Assembly (NCBI GenBank): GCA_038327655.1
Contig: JBBQLG010000004.1
Coordinates: forward strand, 32,302 to 96,301
Direction of reading: 5' to 3'
Length of the DNA: 64,000 nucleotides
Source of the DNA: Cytophagales bacterium
GTDB lineage: Bacteria; Bacteroidota; Bacteroidia; Cytophagales; Spirosomataceae
Shown here: positions 9,724 through 18,493 of the stretch, in pieces
How positions within the stretch are numbered: position 1 is the first letter of the stretch
Layout: each line of letters starts with the position of its first letter
Notes under the pieces: model-generated
The model's database searches: none
What the model saw: the letters and a program-made list of their open reading frames with translations, nothing else
What the model was told of the DNA's origin: nothing
Translations under genes and position numbers: made by a program

Positions 9724-9786
9724 CGAAAGAAGGCCGTAGCCGATGCCACATCTTAACGATGTGGCATCGGCTACGGCCTTCTTTCG
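9724..9786. terminator. 29-bp perfect hairpin (loop TTAAC) between convergent genes; bidirectional terminator
   Basis: CGAAAGAAGGCCGTAGCCGATGCCACATC-ttaac-GATGTGGCATCGGCTACGGCCTTCTTTCG. The two arms are exact reverse complements. Confidence 0.7.
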
Positions 9787-9806
9787 TAACAGCGAACGGA
9801 ACAAAA

Positions 9807-12800
9807 CTACTTCGCTGTTGTCGGTTCCGTTGCTTTTATTACCCGCATCACGCCGTTCATGATGCGCCAGTGACCGGGAAACGTGCAGACAAACGGATAG
9901 TCGCCGGGCTGCGCCGGTGCCGTAAACCGAAGCCGGTACGTTTGGTCCGGGTTAACCAGCGGAGTAGCGGCAATCACCTGCGGAATGGATGGCACATAAT
10001 TCCGGTCCGGGCCGTCTTTCGCCGTAATGAGTTTGTCGGCGGCTGCCCCGATGATATCCATCGACTTTGGCTTACCGATAACTAAGTTGTGCTGCATGGC
10101 GTCGGGATTTTCGAGCACAATCTCGATGGTCTTACCCGCCGTAACAGTAAACTCTTTTTTGTCGTACCGCATTTCCTCGCGCACTGTTTTCAGCCGGATC
10201 ACCTCAACGTTCGGATCAACGGGTTCGGCTTTGGTCAGGCCCCAGGCTTCGTAGAGCCGGTTCAGGCGGTCGCGGTTGTCGGGCGAAGCGGACGCGCTCA
10301 GACTGGCCAGAAACAGGTGGTCAGTCTCGCGTACGGTGGCTTTCTGCTTCAGGTTCCAGCCCTCCGAAACGCCTTTAACGATGGCCGCCCGCTGGGCATC
10401 GCCCAGCCTCTGCGACTGACGAAGCAGGGCCACCACCGAATCGACGGGGGCCACGGATGCGTAGCTGCGGGTGGCGCGTTCCAGCACAAACGCCGACATA
10501 CTTTGCGGGGCGCGGTACGTCAGCGGATGCGTAGCGGTGTTGTTTTGTTCGTTGCTCTCCGCGATTTTATTGTCGCGGTCGAGCATCACCGTGATGGTGT
10601 ATTGTCCCGCCCGCTCGAAGTTGACCCCGAAATCGGTACTCCACGGCCCGTTGTTCCCCTTGCTGATCGTGACGGTTTCGCCCGCTTTGATACCGGTCGT
10701 GTGGGCAACGCTGACGTAATCGAGTTTCGACTGATCGGCTGTGCCCATTGGCCCCTCGATCCGCACCGATAGTGGAATCGGCGTTCCGGCCGGAATGGCT
10801 ACGTCACCGGCGTTTTTCACGTCCACAGAAATGCGGGCACCTTCGCGCACGGCGGGCGACTCCGGCGTGGTATGAATAGCCGCCACGACCAGATCCGGCT
10901 GATTGGCTCCGGCAGAAAGTAGCTGCGCCGTTTGGCCGGAATCTACGCGAACGGAAATGGACTGTTTACCACTCTGCGAATGGATATGTTTCGTCATGTC
11001 CTCGGCCGCCTGAGTGGCTGACTTCGGCTGCGTCGACACATTCATCGAGACCTGCTTCAGGTAGGCTTTCATCAATTGTCCGTCGCGGTCTGTGAGGGCG
11101 CAGGCAAACGCATCAGACATCCAGCGGTCGTTCACTTCACTGGCTGCCGTCGATTTATCGAGCCGGGCCAGAATGGCCTGCTGCGAAGCGGGGCTTTGTG
11201 GCATCTCCGACAAGGCTAACAGGGTGTTCAGTACGACCAATGGCTCTTTATCATTCAGCGCATCTACCTTCATCAGTGTTTCGACCGATGCCGCCGTACG
11301 GGGTAACACCTGCACAACGGTTTTCCGAACGCCCGCACACGGATGTGCCAACGCCCCCGTTGTGGCCTGTAACACGGCGGCATCGTCCATCGCGCCTAAG
11401 CCCTGCAACGTCCACAAGGCATGAATCGCGGCCGGGTTGATACCGATTTCGTCGACCGACTGATCGTTCACTAAGGCAATCAACTGCGGCACGACATCGC
11501 GGTTGTTTCGTTCGATGAGCAGCCGCTGTGCCGTCATCCGCCAGAACATATTGTTGTTTTTCAGCGCGGCTACCAGTTCGGCGGAGCGGTCTTTGCTGAG
11601 CGTCATGGGCTTATACGCCGGTGCTGCTTTATAACCAACGCGGTAAATACGGCCGTGGGTAAAGTCGCGCAGGGGCGTTTCGTAGGCGTTGCCCGAGCCG
11701 CTGGTCGAACCCTTCGGCGTCGGGTTGTGCTGGATGATGTAGCTGTACCAGTCGGCCACCCAAACGGCGCCATCCGGTCCCACTTCGGAAAATACGGGCG
11801 CAAACCACTCGTCGGCCCCCGCCATGAGGTTAAAGCCAACGCCACTTGCTTCATGGTCTTCGTAGTCGGTGCCGCTGCGTTCCATGATGTTCTGGTGCAC
11901 AATGTGACCCGTTGGTTCAGAAACAAAGGCAACGCGGTTCCAGTATTCTTTCGGGAAGGCGCGGGCGGTGTAAAAATTCTGACCCGATGCCGCCGTAAAG
12001 CCGCCGAACACATCCACCTGTCGCACTTTCTCGGTGATGGGTTTCATGTCTTTATGGGTGTCCGTGCCCCGGCTGCCGTTCTCGCGCAGGTGTGCCCCGC
12101 CGTGGAAATAGCGGTTCGGAATGGCCATGTACCAGCCGTGCGAATTGTTGGCCGTGGAGCCGAACACGTCGCCGGTTTCGTTAAAACTCATACCCCAGGT
12201 GTTGTTCGAGGTGGCCGTAACGTACTCCAGCTTCGAGCCGTCGGTTTTGAACCGGAAAAAGCCCTGCGAAAACTTCACGCTATCGGCCCCGACCTTACCC
12301 TTGAAACCCGAATACCCGACGCTGCCCCAAATCCAGTTGTCGAACCCGTAGTGCAGATTACTCGGCCCGGCGTGGGTATCGAACGTGCCGAAACCGGTAA
12401 ACAGCACCTGCTTCTGATCCGCTTTATCGTCGCCGTTGGTATCCCTCAGAAACAGCATGTGCGGAGCCTGCGACACAAATAGCCCGCCGTTGCCAAACGC
12501 CAGACCCGTCGGAATACTCAGCCCTTCGGCGAAGTTGGTGAACTTGTCGGCCTTACCGTCGCCATTCGTATCTTCACAAATAACGATGTAATCTGAACCC
12601 CCGGTCGGCTTGCGCTCATTGGGATAGTCTTTGGTAATGAGTACGTACAGTCGGCCGCGTTCGTCCCAGGTCATGGCGATGGGGTGCATCACATTCGGCT
12701 CGTGCGCGAACAGACCGAGCGTAAACTCAACGGGTACCTGCATGTGTTTCATCGACTCTTCGGGCGATAACGGCTCCTGCTCCAACTGCGGATCGGGCCG

Positions 12801-13634
12801 TTTTTCGTAGTTCGGCAGGTTGGCCGGGCGGTACGTAAACGCCTGCGGATTCAGGGCATCGTGCTGCTTTTTTACGCCATCGCCCACGGCCCACAAAATA
12901 CCGCGCTCCAGTAGCTGCTGAAACCCCGGCTGACCCCAGGTACGCTCGTCATGACCATAAGCGGTGTAAAAAACCCGCCCCTTGCCGTAGCTGCGCGTCC
13001 AGGTGTACGGCTCTTCTTTACTACCCGGTTTGTCGGTAGCCTGAGCCGCCATGATTTCCCGTACGGCCAGCACGTTGTTATCGGGTTGCAGATGGGTGTG
13101 CAGGTACGTTTCGTCGTAGGCCCTGAACGAGGGAAGCCCCGCCGTAATCGGGCTGTTGGGCTGCGTAAAGCGCGTCTGAATCGTGTCCATTTTATGCCGC
13201 CAGAACTGCCCGCCCACCACTTTATCGACGTATTCGGCGGAGTTGCGGAAACAGTAGGACGCGCAATGCACCGGAATTACGCCGTGCCCCGATGCGACGT
13301 AGTCCAGCAATGCACGTTCCTGCGGTTTGGAAATACTGTCCCAGTTGGCGTAAATCAGCAGGCCGTCGTACCTGGCTAAATTATCGGCGTTGAGGTCGTC
13401 TAATTTATCCGTGTAGGTGAAGTTGATACCTTTTTGGCCCAGAGCGGCCATCAGTTGCGGCACCCGCTCAATGGGTTTATGGTGCCCATTGTCACCCAGA
13501 AACAGGATTTCCGTCCGGCGAGGTGACGTCCGACCTGATTTTATCGTTTCCGACCGGTTGGCCGACTGGTTCATTGACTGGCGGGCGCATTGGGTCATCA
13601 GACCGAGCAATCCCAATAGAAGTATTTTTTTCAT
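9807..13634 (-). CDS. large secreted multidomain protein: ThuA-like domain, membrane-bound-dehydrogenase-like beta-propeller, HEAT repeats, CARDB-like domain and a C-terminal azurin/plastocyanin-type cupredoxin
   Basis: 1275 aa with signal peptide and Cys (LGLMTQC). ThuA-like N-terminus (ILFLGDNGHHKP...GHGVIPVHCAS). Propeller region typical of PVC-type dehydrogenase-domain proteins (FTLGLFAHEPNVMHPIAMTWDERGRLYV). Leu/Ala-rich HEAT-like helices. C-terminal type-1 copper ligand pattern MQHNLVI and YPFVCTFPGHWRIMNG, cf. azurin MGHNWVL and FFCTFPGHSALMKG. No CxxCH haem motif present. Confidence 0.75.
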   Translation of the reverse strand: MKKILLLGLLGLMTQCARQSMNQSANRSETIKSGRTSPRRTEILFLGDNGHHKPIERVPQLMAALGQKGINFTYTDKLDDLNADNLARYDGLLIYANWDSISKPQERALLDYVASGHGVIPVHCASYCFRNSAEYVDKVVGGQFWRHKMDTIQTRFTQPNSPITAGLPSFRAYDETYLHTHLQPDNNVLAVREIMAAQATDKPGSKEEPYTWTRSYGKGRVFYTAYGHDERTWGQPGFQQLLERGILWAVGDGVKKQHDALNPQAFTYRPANLPNYEKRPDPQLEQEPLSPEESMKHMQVPVEFTLGLFAHEPNVMHPIAMTWDERGRLYVLITKDYPNERKPTGGSDYIVICEDTNGDGKADKFTNFAEGLSIPTGLAFGNGGLFVSQAPHMLFLRDTNGDDKADQKQVLFTGFGTFDTHAGPSNLHYGFDNWIWGSVGYSGFKGKVGADSVKFSQGFFRFKTDGSKLEYVTATSNNTWGMSFNETGDVFGSTANNSHGWYMAIPNRYFHGGAHLRENGSRGTDTHKDMKPITEKVRQVDVFGGFTAASGQNFYTARAFPKEYWNRVAFVSEPTGHIVHQNIMERSGTDYEDHEASGVGFNLMAGADEWFAPVFSEVGPDGAVWVADWYSYIIQHNPTPKGSTSGSGNAYETPLRDFTHGRIYRVGYKAAPAYKPMTLSKDRSAELVAALKNNNMFWRMTAQRLLIERNNRDVVPQLIALVNDQSVDEIGINPAAIHALWTLQGLGAMDDAAVLQATTGALAHPCAGVRKTVVQVLPRTAASVETLMKVDALNDKEPLVVLNTLLALSEMPQSPASQQAILARLDKSTAASEVNDRWMSDAFACALTDRDGQLMKAYLKQVSMNVSTQPKSATQAAEDMTKHIHSQSGKQSISVRVDSGQTAQLLSAGANQPDLVVAAIHTTPESPAVREGARISVDVKNAGDVAIPAGTPIPLSVRIEGPMGTADQSKLDYVSVAHTTGIKAGETVTISKGNNGPWSTDFGVNFERAGQYTITVMLDRDNKIAESNEQNNTATHPLTYRAPQSMSAFVLERATRSYASVAPVDSVVALLRQSQRLGDAQRAAIVKGVSEGWNLKQKATVRETDHLFLASLSASASPDNRDRLNRLYEAWGLTKAEPVDPNVEVIRLKTVREEMRYDKKEFTVTAGKTIEIVLENPDAMQHNLVIGKPKSMDIIGAAADKLITAKDGPDRNYVPSIPQVIAATPLVNPDQTYRLRFTAPAQPGDYPFVCTFPGHWRIMNGVMRVIKATEPTTAK

Positions 13635-13726
13635 GGGTAAACCGCATCGGCGAACCGATAGAGAAAACAGAGCGAAACGAAGGTATAGCGCTACCGTATG
13701 CGCCCGCTCTTCGTTGCCTCCGCGTT

Positions 13727-14848
13727 TTAAAGTTGTACAGTCTTAAAATCCGGTACCTGCCGGAGCTTTCCGCCGTTCATGGCTGATTCGTGCGCCAGAA
13801 TACCCACGCTGGTCCAGTTGGCCGACTGAGCCGCATTCGGGAACGGGTCGCGGTCTTCGGCAATGGCCGACACAAACTCGTGCACCATGTGCGGGTGCGA
13901 CCCGCCGTGCCCCCCTCCCTGCGTGAACGACAAATGCTGTTGCTCATCGGCATCGTACACGCCTTTGGTCGTAAATCGCTGAATGGATTCCGGCAGCAGA
14001 TGGGCGTAGTCGGGCACCGTTACTTTGGCCGGAATGTCGGGTTCGGGCTTTTTGGCGGTATGAATCACCGGCTGCTCGTCTTCGACCAATTGCCACTCGA
14101 ACGACTGCTTATCGCCGTACACCTCGAAACTCTCGCGGTACTGCCGCGCCACGTCGAACAGCGACCGCATAACGTGCGCTGATAAATCGCTGTCCTTGAA
14201 CTTGATGTGTGCCGACTCCACTGCAAACGGCGAGTTGTGAATTTTAGCCAGCTTCTCCCGAATGGTCCCCGACCCGAAACACGACACGTAATCGGCTTCT
14301 AATTTCAGCAAACCGGCCACGGGACCCACGCAGTGCGTAGCGTAGTGCATCGGTGGCAAACCGGGCCAGTAATCGGGCCAGCCGTCCATGTCCTGCTGAT
14401 GGCTGGCTTTCAGAAACTGCACCTTACCAAGCTGGCCGGTTTCGTACAATTCCCTGACAAACAGAAACTCCCGGCTGTACACTACGGTTTCCATCATCAT
14501 GTATTTTTTTCCGGACGCCTTACAGGCCTTCACAATGGCCATGCACTCGTCTACGGAGGTTGCCATCGGTACGGTACAGGCCACGTGTTTGCCCGCCCTC
14601 AACGCTTTCAGGCTTTGTTCGGCGTGGTTCGGAATTGGCGAATTGATATGAACCGCGTCCACAGCCGGGTCGGCCAGCAGGTCGTCGTAGTTGCTGTAGC
14701 GTTTTTCGATGCCAAATGCGTCGCCGAGCTGATTGAGCTTTTCGACGTTGCGCTGGCAGATGGCGTACAGGTTGGCGTTCGGATGCCGCTGGTAAATCGG
14801 AATAAATTCGGCCCCAAAACCGAGGCCCACGATAGCGATGTTGATCAT
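13727..14848 (-). CDS. Gfo/Idh/MocA family NAD(P)-dependent oxidoreductase
   Basis: Start MINIAIVGLGFGAEF at 14848 (Rossmann GxGxxG). Listed ORF extends to 14917. Consensus EKP-like region GKHVACTVPMA. Confidence 0.8.
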   Translation of the reverse strand: MINIAIVGLGFGAEFIPIYQRHPNANLYAICQRNVEKLNQLGDAFGIEKRYSNYDDLLADPAVDAVHINSPIPNHAEQSLKALRAGKHVACTVPMATSVDECMAIVKACKASGKKYMMMETVVYSREFLFVRELYETGQLGKVQFLKASHQQDMDGWPDYWPGLPPMHYATHCVGPVAGLLKLEADYVSCFGSGTIREKLAKIHNSPFAVESAHIKFKDSDLSAHVMRSLFDVARQYRESFEVYGDKQSFEWQLVEDEQPVIHTAKKPEPDIPAKVTVPDYAHLLPESIQRFTTKGVYDADEQQHLSFTQGGGHGGSHPHMVHEFVSAIAEDRDPFPNAAQSANWTSVGILAHESAMNGGKLRQVPDFKTVQL

Positions 14849-14862
14849 TGGAATGGTTGAAT

Positions 14863-14944
14863 AGTAGACTGACTGAATTGTTGACTGATTGAATGGGTAG
14901 ATTAACGAAGTATTCAATCAGTCAACAATTCAATCAGTCTACTC
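14863..14944. repeat. 32-bp inverted repeat (one mismatch) with 16-nt loop, spanning the TIM-barrel stop codon and the intercistronic spacer
   Basis: Arm AGTAGACTGACTGAATTGTTGACTGATTGAAT (14863-14894) pairs with 14913-14944. Built from TGAYTGAAT units; a related element is at 53632-53702. Confidence 0.7.
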
Positions 14945-15786
14945 TTTAAAAAGGCCAGCCCATCGGTGGCTAACTGCTCCGGCGAGTCGAACATGGGGCG
15001 GAAAATATGGGTAGCGGCTGCCAGTTCGGGCGGGTTGGGTCCGAACGCTTCGATGGCAATCGGTCCGTCGTAGCCGACCTCAACCAGCGTCGCAAAAATA
15101 CCATCGAAGTCGATATGGCCCTGTCCCGGTGTAGAGCGGTCGTTCTCCGAAATCTGCACGTGAACCAGATACGGGGCTATTTTCCGGATGGCATCGGCGA
15201 TGTTTTTCTCCTCCATATTGGCATGAAACGTATCAAACGCGGCCCGGCAATTCGGGTGATCGACAGCCTCGATGTAGCGGATCACATCGTCGGTGCAGGT
15301 GAGCAGATAGGTCTCAAACCGGTTCAGGTATTCAATGGCCAGGGTAACGCCCCGCGTTTGGGCGTATTCGGCCACGTCGCGCATCCCCGTCACCGACCAC
15401 TGCCATTCCTGGGCCGTAGCGGGTTTGCCCGTGAAGGTTTTAAAACCAGCGTACAGCGGCCCCATCAGTAGGACAGCCCCGGCGGCAGCGGCACAATCGA
15501 CCACGTATTTCAGGTAGTCGATACCCGTCCGGCGGATGGTTGCGTCGGGACTAATCAGGCTGTGCTCGGGGCCGCAGATGGTGCAGGCCTGAACGCCCAG
15601 TTGCAGGTCCGCCAGTTGCTGCCCCAGTTGCTGCCACTTCGCCAAACGGGCCGGGGTGGTGTCGGACTCGTTAATGGGTACTTCCACGAAGTCGAATCCG
15701 GTCTGTTTCAGGAATCGGAACGTATCGGTGAGGTCTTCATCCATCGTCATGGTCCAGACGAACAGATTCATTCCCAGCTTATTCAT
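14914..15786 (-). CDS. sugar phosphate isomerase/epimerase (xylose isomerase-like TIM barrel) family protein
   Basis: 290 aa; the EVPINE, HVQISEND and IEAFGP segments are typical of AP-endonuclease 2/xylose-isomerase-like TIM barrels. Confidence 0.75.
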   Translation of the reverse strand: MNKLGMNLFVWTMTMDEDLTDTFRFLKQTGFDFVEVPINESDTTPARLAKWQQLGQQLADLQLGVQACTICGPEHSLISPDATIRRTGIDYLKYVVDCAAAAGAVLLMGPLYAGFKTFTGKPATAQEWQWSVTGMRDVAEYAQTRGVTLAIEYLNRFETYLLTCTDDVIRYIEAVDHPNCRAAFDTFHANMEEKNIADAIRKIAPYLVHVQISENDRSTPGQGHIDFDGIFATLVEVGYDGPIAIEAFGPNPPELAAATHIFRPMFDSPEQLATDGLAFLKSRLIELLTD

Positions 15787-15919
15787 AATTTATCTTTACT
15801 GATTTATACAAATTTAAAACCTATTTTACTGGTGTTTTCGGCTTTTCTTTACAACTTTTGACTTTATTTTACCGCTTCAGTCCGAATATCAGGCCCGGCA
15901 ATGTCAAAAAACAGAAACA

Positions 15920-16792
15920 ATGAAGCCACCTCTGCGTAAAGACCTCGAACCCATTGCGTCATCGTTCACGGTGAAGACGCTGGTTGAACCGCACTTCGAC
16001 CCTAACTGGCATTTCCACCCCCATTATCAGTTATTCCTGGTCGAGGAAGGCACCGGAACCCGGTTTATTGGTGATTCCATCCGGCCATTCGCGCCCGGTG
16101 ATCTGGTCTTTCTGGGGCCGAACCTGCCGCACCTCTGGCGCAGCGACCAGGCTTATTTCAACCGGGTGCCGGGTCTGGTTACGAAGGGTATCGTCGTTTA
16201 TTTCGACGAGGAATTTTTGGGTGTGGAGTTCTTCAATCAGCAGGAAGTAAAGGGCCTGCGCCAGTTGCTGACCCACGCCCACCGCGGCCTGACGTGGTTA
16301 AGCACGACCCGCGATCGGGCCGAAGCCGCACTGAATGAACTCGTACAGCAGCCTGTCGGCTTCGGCCGGGTGTTGACACTACTGACCCTGCTCAACGACC
16401 TGGCGCATTCCTCCGATTATCAGTTCATCACCAGCCCCGGCTACAGCAACACCGCAAAACCCGCCGAAACCGATCGTATTCAACGGGTTCATGACTACGT
16501 GCTGGTTCATTTCGCCGACGAGATCAGTCTCGACACCATTGCCGATCTGGTGGGTATGTCGCCCCCGGCTTTCTGCCGGTATTTTAAAACAAGAGCCAAC
16601 AAAACCTTTTCGGAGTTTGTGGCCGAAGTGCGTATCGGGCACGCCTGCAAACTACTGACGGGTAGTTCGCTGAGCATCACGCAGGTGAGTTACGACAGCG
16701 GGTACCGCACGCTGTCCAACTTTAACCGGCAATTCAAAGAGATCACTGGCCAAACGCCTTCGCACTACGTGAAAACCTACCAGGCGCTGTAA
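15920..16792 (+). CDS. AraC family transcriptional regulator (cupin sensor plus HTH)
   Basis: N-terminal cupin (HFHPHYQLFLVEEG). C-terminal AraC HTH (ISLDTIADLVGMSPPAFCRYFK...ITQVSYDSGYRTLSNFNRQFK). Divergent from the Gfo/TIM operon. Confidence 0.85.
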   Translation: MKPPLRKDLEPIASSFTVKTLVEPHFDPNWHFHPHYQLFLVEEGTGTRFIGDSIRPFAPGDLVFLGPNLPHLWRSDQAYFNRVPGLVTKGIVVYFDEEFLGVEFFNQQEVKGLRQLLTHAHRGLTWLSTTRDRAEAALNELVQQPVGFGRVLTLLTLLNDLAHSSDYQFITSPGYSNTAKPAETDRIQRVHDYVLVHFADEISLDTIADLVGMSPPAFCRYFKTRANKTFSEFVAEVRIGHACKLLTGSSLSITQVSYDSGYRTLSNFNRQFKEITGQTPSHYVKTYQAL

Positions 16793-16921
16793 AGCGTTCA
16801 GCCACTCCGAGCCGATGCATTTAGCGATTTGGCAGGGTATATGAATCCGGTTTCGCTAACAAAAAAGTGTCGGCTTCCAACGGAAACCGACACCCTCCAA
16901 ATTAACGTGTTAAGCTAATCC

Positions 16922-17791
16922 TCAATACGTCGTCGATGCGGTCCGGGCCGAAATTGGCTCCTGCACGAAACTCAGCAGATCGCTGGTCAGCCGGTCTTTT
17001 TCGGTGGCAAACAACCCGTGGGGCGCACCGGAATACACGATGTAGTGCGCACTGGGCAACAGAGCCGCCGTCTGCTCACCCGATGTCTCGATGGGCACCG
17101 TTTTGTCATCGTCGCCGTGAATAATCAGCGTTGGTACGTTTACGTGGGTTAAATCCTGCCGGAAATCGGTCATGGCGAAGGCTTTGGCACACTCGACGGT
17201 GGCGTTCGGCGCGGCTAAGTACGCCCGGAAGAAATCGCCGGCTAACTGACCCTGGCTAACGCTGTGGTTCAACATGCTGTAGCTGTAGAACTGTTTGCCG
17301 AAGCTTTGCAGGAAATCGGCGCGGTCTTTCTGCATCCCTTCCAGCATTCCGTCAAATACACTCTGGTCGACGCCGGTTGGGTTATCCTCGGTTTTGAGCA
17401 GGTACGGGGTTACGGAACTGACAAACGCGATTTTCGACACCCGTTTGCCCTGGTAGCGGCTCATGTAGCGGGCTACTTCGCCCCCGCCCATCGAGAAACC
17501 AACGAGCGTAACATTCTCCAGATTCAGGTGTTCCAGCACGGCACTGAGGTCGTCGGTGAGCGTGTCGTAGTCGTAGTTTCCCCACGGTTTCGACGATTTA
17601 CCAAAACCCCGGCGGTCATAAGTAATCACGCGAACGCCGTGCTTGGGCATCTCGGCCATCTGGTAATCCCACATTTCGTGGCTCAGCGGCCAGCCATGAA
17701 TCAGTACCACGGGTTGGCCTTGTCCCCAATCCTGATAGAAAAGGTTGACGTCATTTCCGGCCGCGTCGGTGCCTGCTTTAATGTAGCTCAT
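16922..17791 (-). CDS. alpha/beta hydrolase (non-haem haloperoxidase/arylesterase-like)
   Basis: 289 aa with VVLIHGWPLSHEMWDYQ, nucleophile elbow GFSMGGG and C-terminal GAPHGL. Classic non-haem chloroperoxidase family pattern. Confidence 0.8.
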   Translation of the reverse strand: MSYIKAGTDAAGNDVNLFYQDWGQGQPVVLIHGWPLSHEMWDYQMAEMPKHGVRVITYDRRGFGKSSKPWGNYDYDTLTDDLSAVLEHLNLENVTLVGFSMGGGEVARYMSRYQGKRVSKIAFVSSVTPYLLKTEDNPTGVDQSVFDGMLEGMQKDRADFLQSFGKQFYSYSMLNHSVSQGQLAGDFFRAYLAAPNATVECAKAFAMTDFRQDLTHVNVPTLIIHGDDDKTVPIETSGEQTAALLPSAHYIVYSGAPHGLFATEKDRLTSDLLSFVQEPISARTASTTY

Positions 17792-17937
17792 AACGAATGA
17801 AGTTGTACTGGTTGGTTAACTGTTTAGCGTGGTTTTCCTATAGAGAAACCCGTCAGTAAATCAACCGTCTGTACTCCAAAGTGTTTTCGTGTTCAGACAC
17901 ACATTACCGTTTCGTTGGCCCGGCATTCAGCAACAGC

Positions 17938-18486
17938 CTACCGGTTCAGCGCGTCGCGGAGTTGACGCAATACCTCGGTGGTTTCGGAAGGGCGGGCGGC
18001 ATCGTCGTTCACGATTTCACCGTCCCGGTCAACGATGATGTACCGGGGATACGAATCGATTTCCAGAAACTCGCTCAGTCCACCCTCAAACGCAGTGTTC
18101 ATCATAAAATGCCGTCCCGTGAGGTGTAGTTTTTGCACGGTGGCTTTCCAGTTGGCAATCAATTTCGCGGTGTAGCCGTTTTCGTAGGCGATGTACAGAA
18201 AATCGACCGGTTCGCCGGTTAGCTTTTCTTTTAAACGGGCAGCGTAGGGCATTTCTTTTCGGCAGGGCACACACCACGTTCCCCAGAAGTCGACGTAAAC
18301 GACCCGGCCCCGGTGCGGTTTCAGCAGGCTGTCGAGGCTGGTGATCCGGGTGGGATTAGCCACAAACGTGATGCGGCTTTCCGGTGTTTTCAGGGTACTG
18401 TCCGGCCGAAGAACGGGTGATTGGGCGTGAGCGGATGCGGCCCATAACAAGCCTCCCAGCAGGGTAGTGATAACTCTGTTTTTCAT
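17938..18486 (-). CDS. TlpA-like thioredoxin-fold thiol-disulfide oxidoreductase
   Basis: Start MKNRVITTLLGG at 18486. WGTWCVPCRKEMP active site (CxxC) in a redoxin-like fold, with signal peptide. Confidence 0.75.
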   Translation of the reverse strand: MKNRVITTLLGGLLWAASAHAQSPVLRPDSTLKTPESRITFVANPTRITSLDSLLKPHRGRVVYVDFWGTWCVPCRKEMPYAARLKEKLTGEPVDFLYIAYENGYTAKLIANWKATVQKLHLTGRHFMMNTAFEGGLSEFLEIDSYPRYIIVDRDGEIVNDDAARPSETTEVLRQLRDALNR

Positions 18487-18493
18487 TGGGTAA

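Noticed and set aside
10027-13379. Multiple 75-275-aa plus-strand ORFs inside the 9807-13634 gene (e.g. 10089-10772, 11655-12482, 12951-13379).
   Set aside because: They are antisense to a 1275-aa ORF with clear domain homology. High GC suppresses stop codons in alternative frames, and the translations are Arg/Gly/Val-rich with no motifs.
9807-13634. Looked for CxxCH haem-binding motifs, expected in PVC-type ThuA/dehydrogenase-domain proteins.
   Set aside because: None present in the 1275-aa translation. The C-terminal electron-transfer domain is a cupredoxin instead (reported as a finding).
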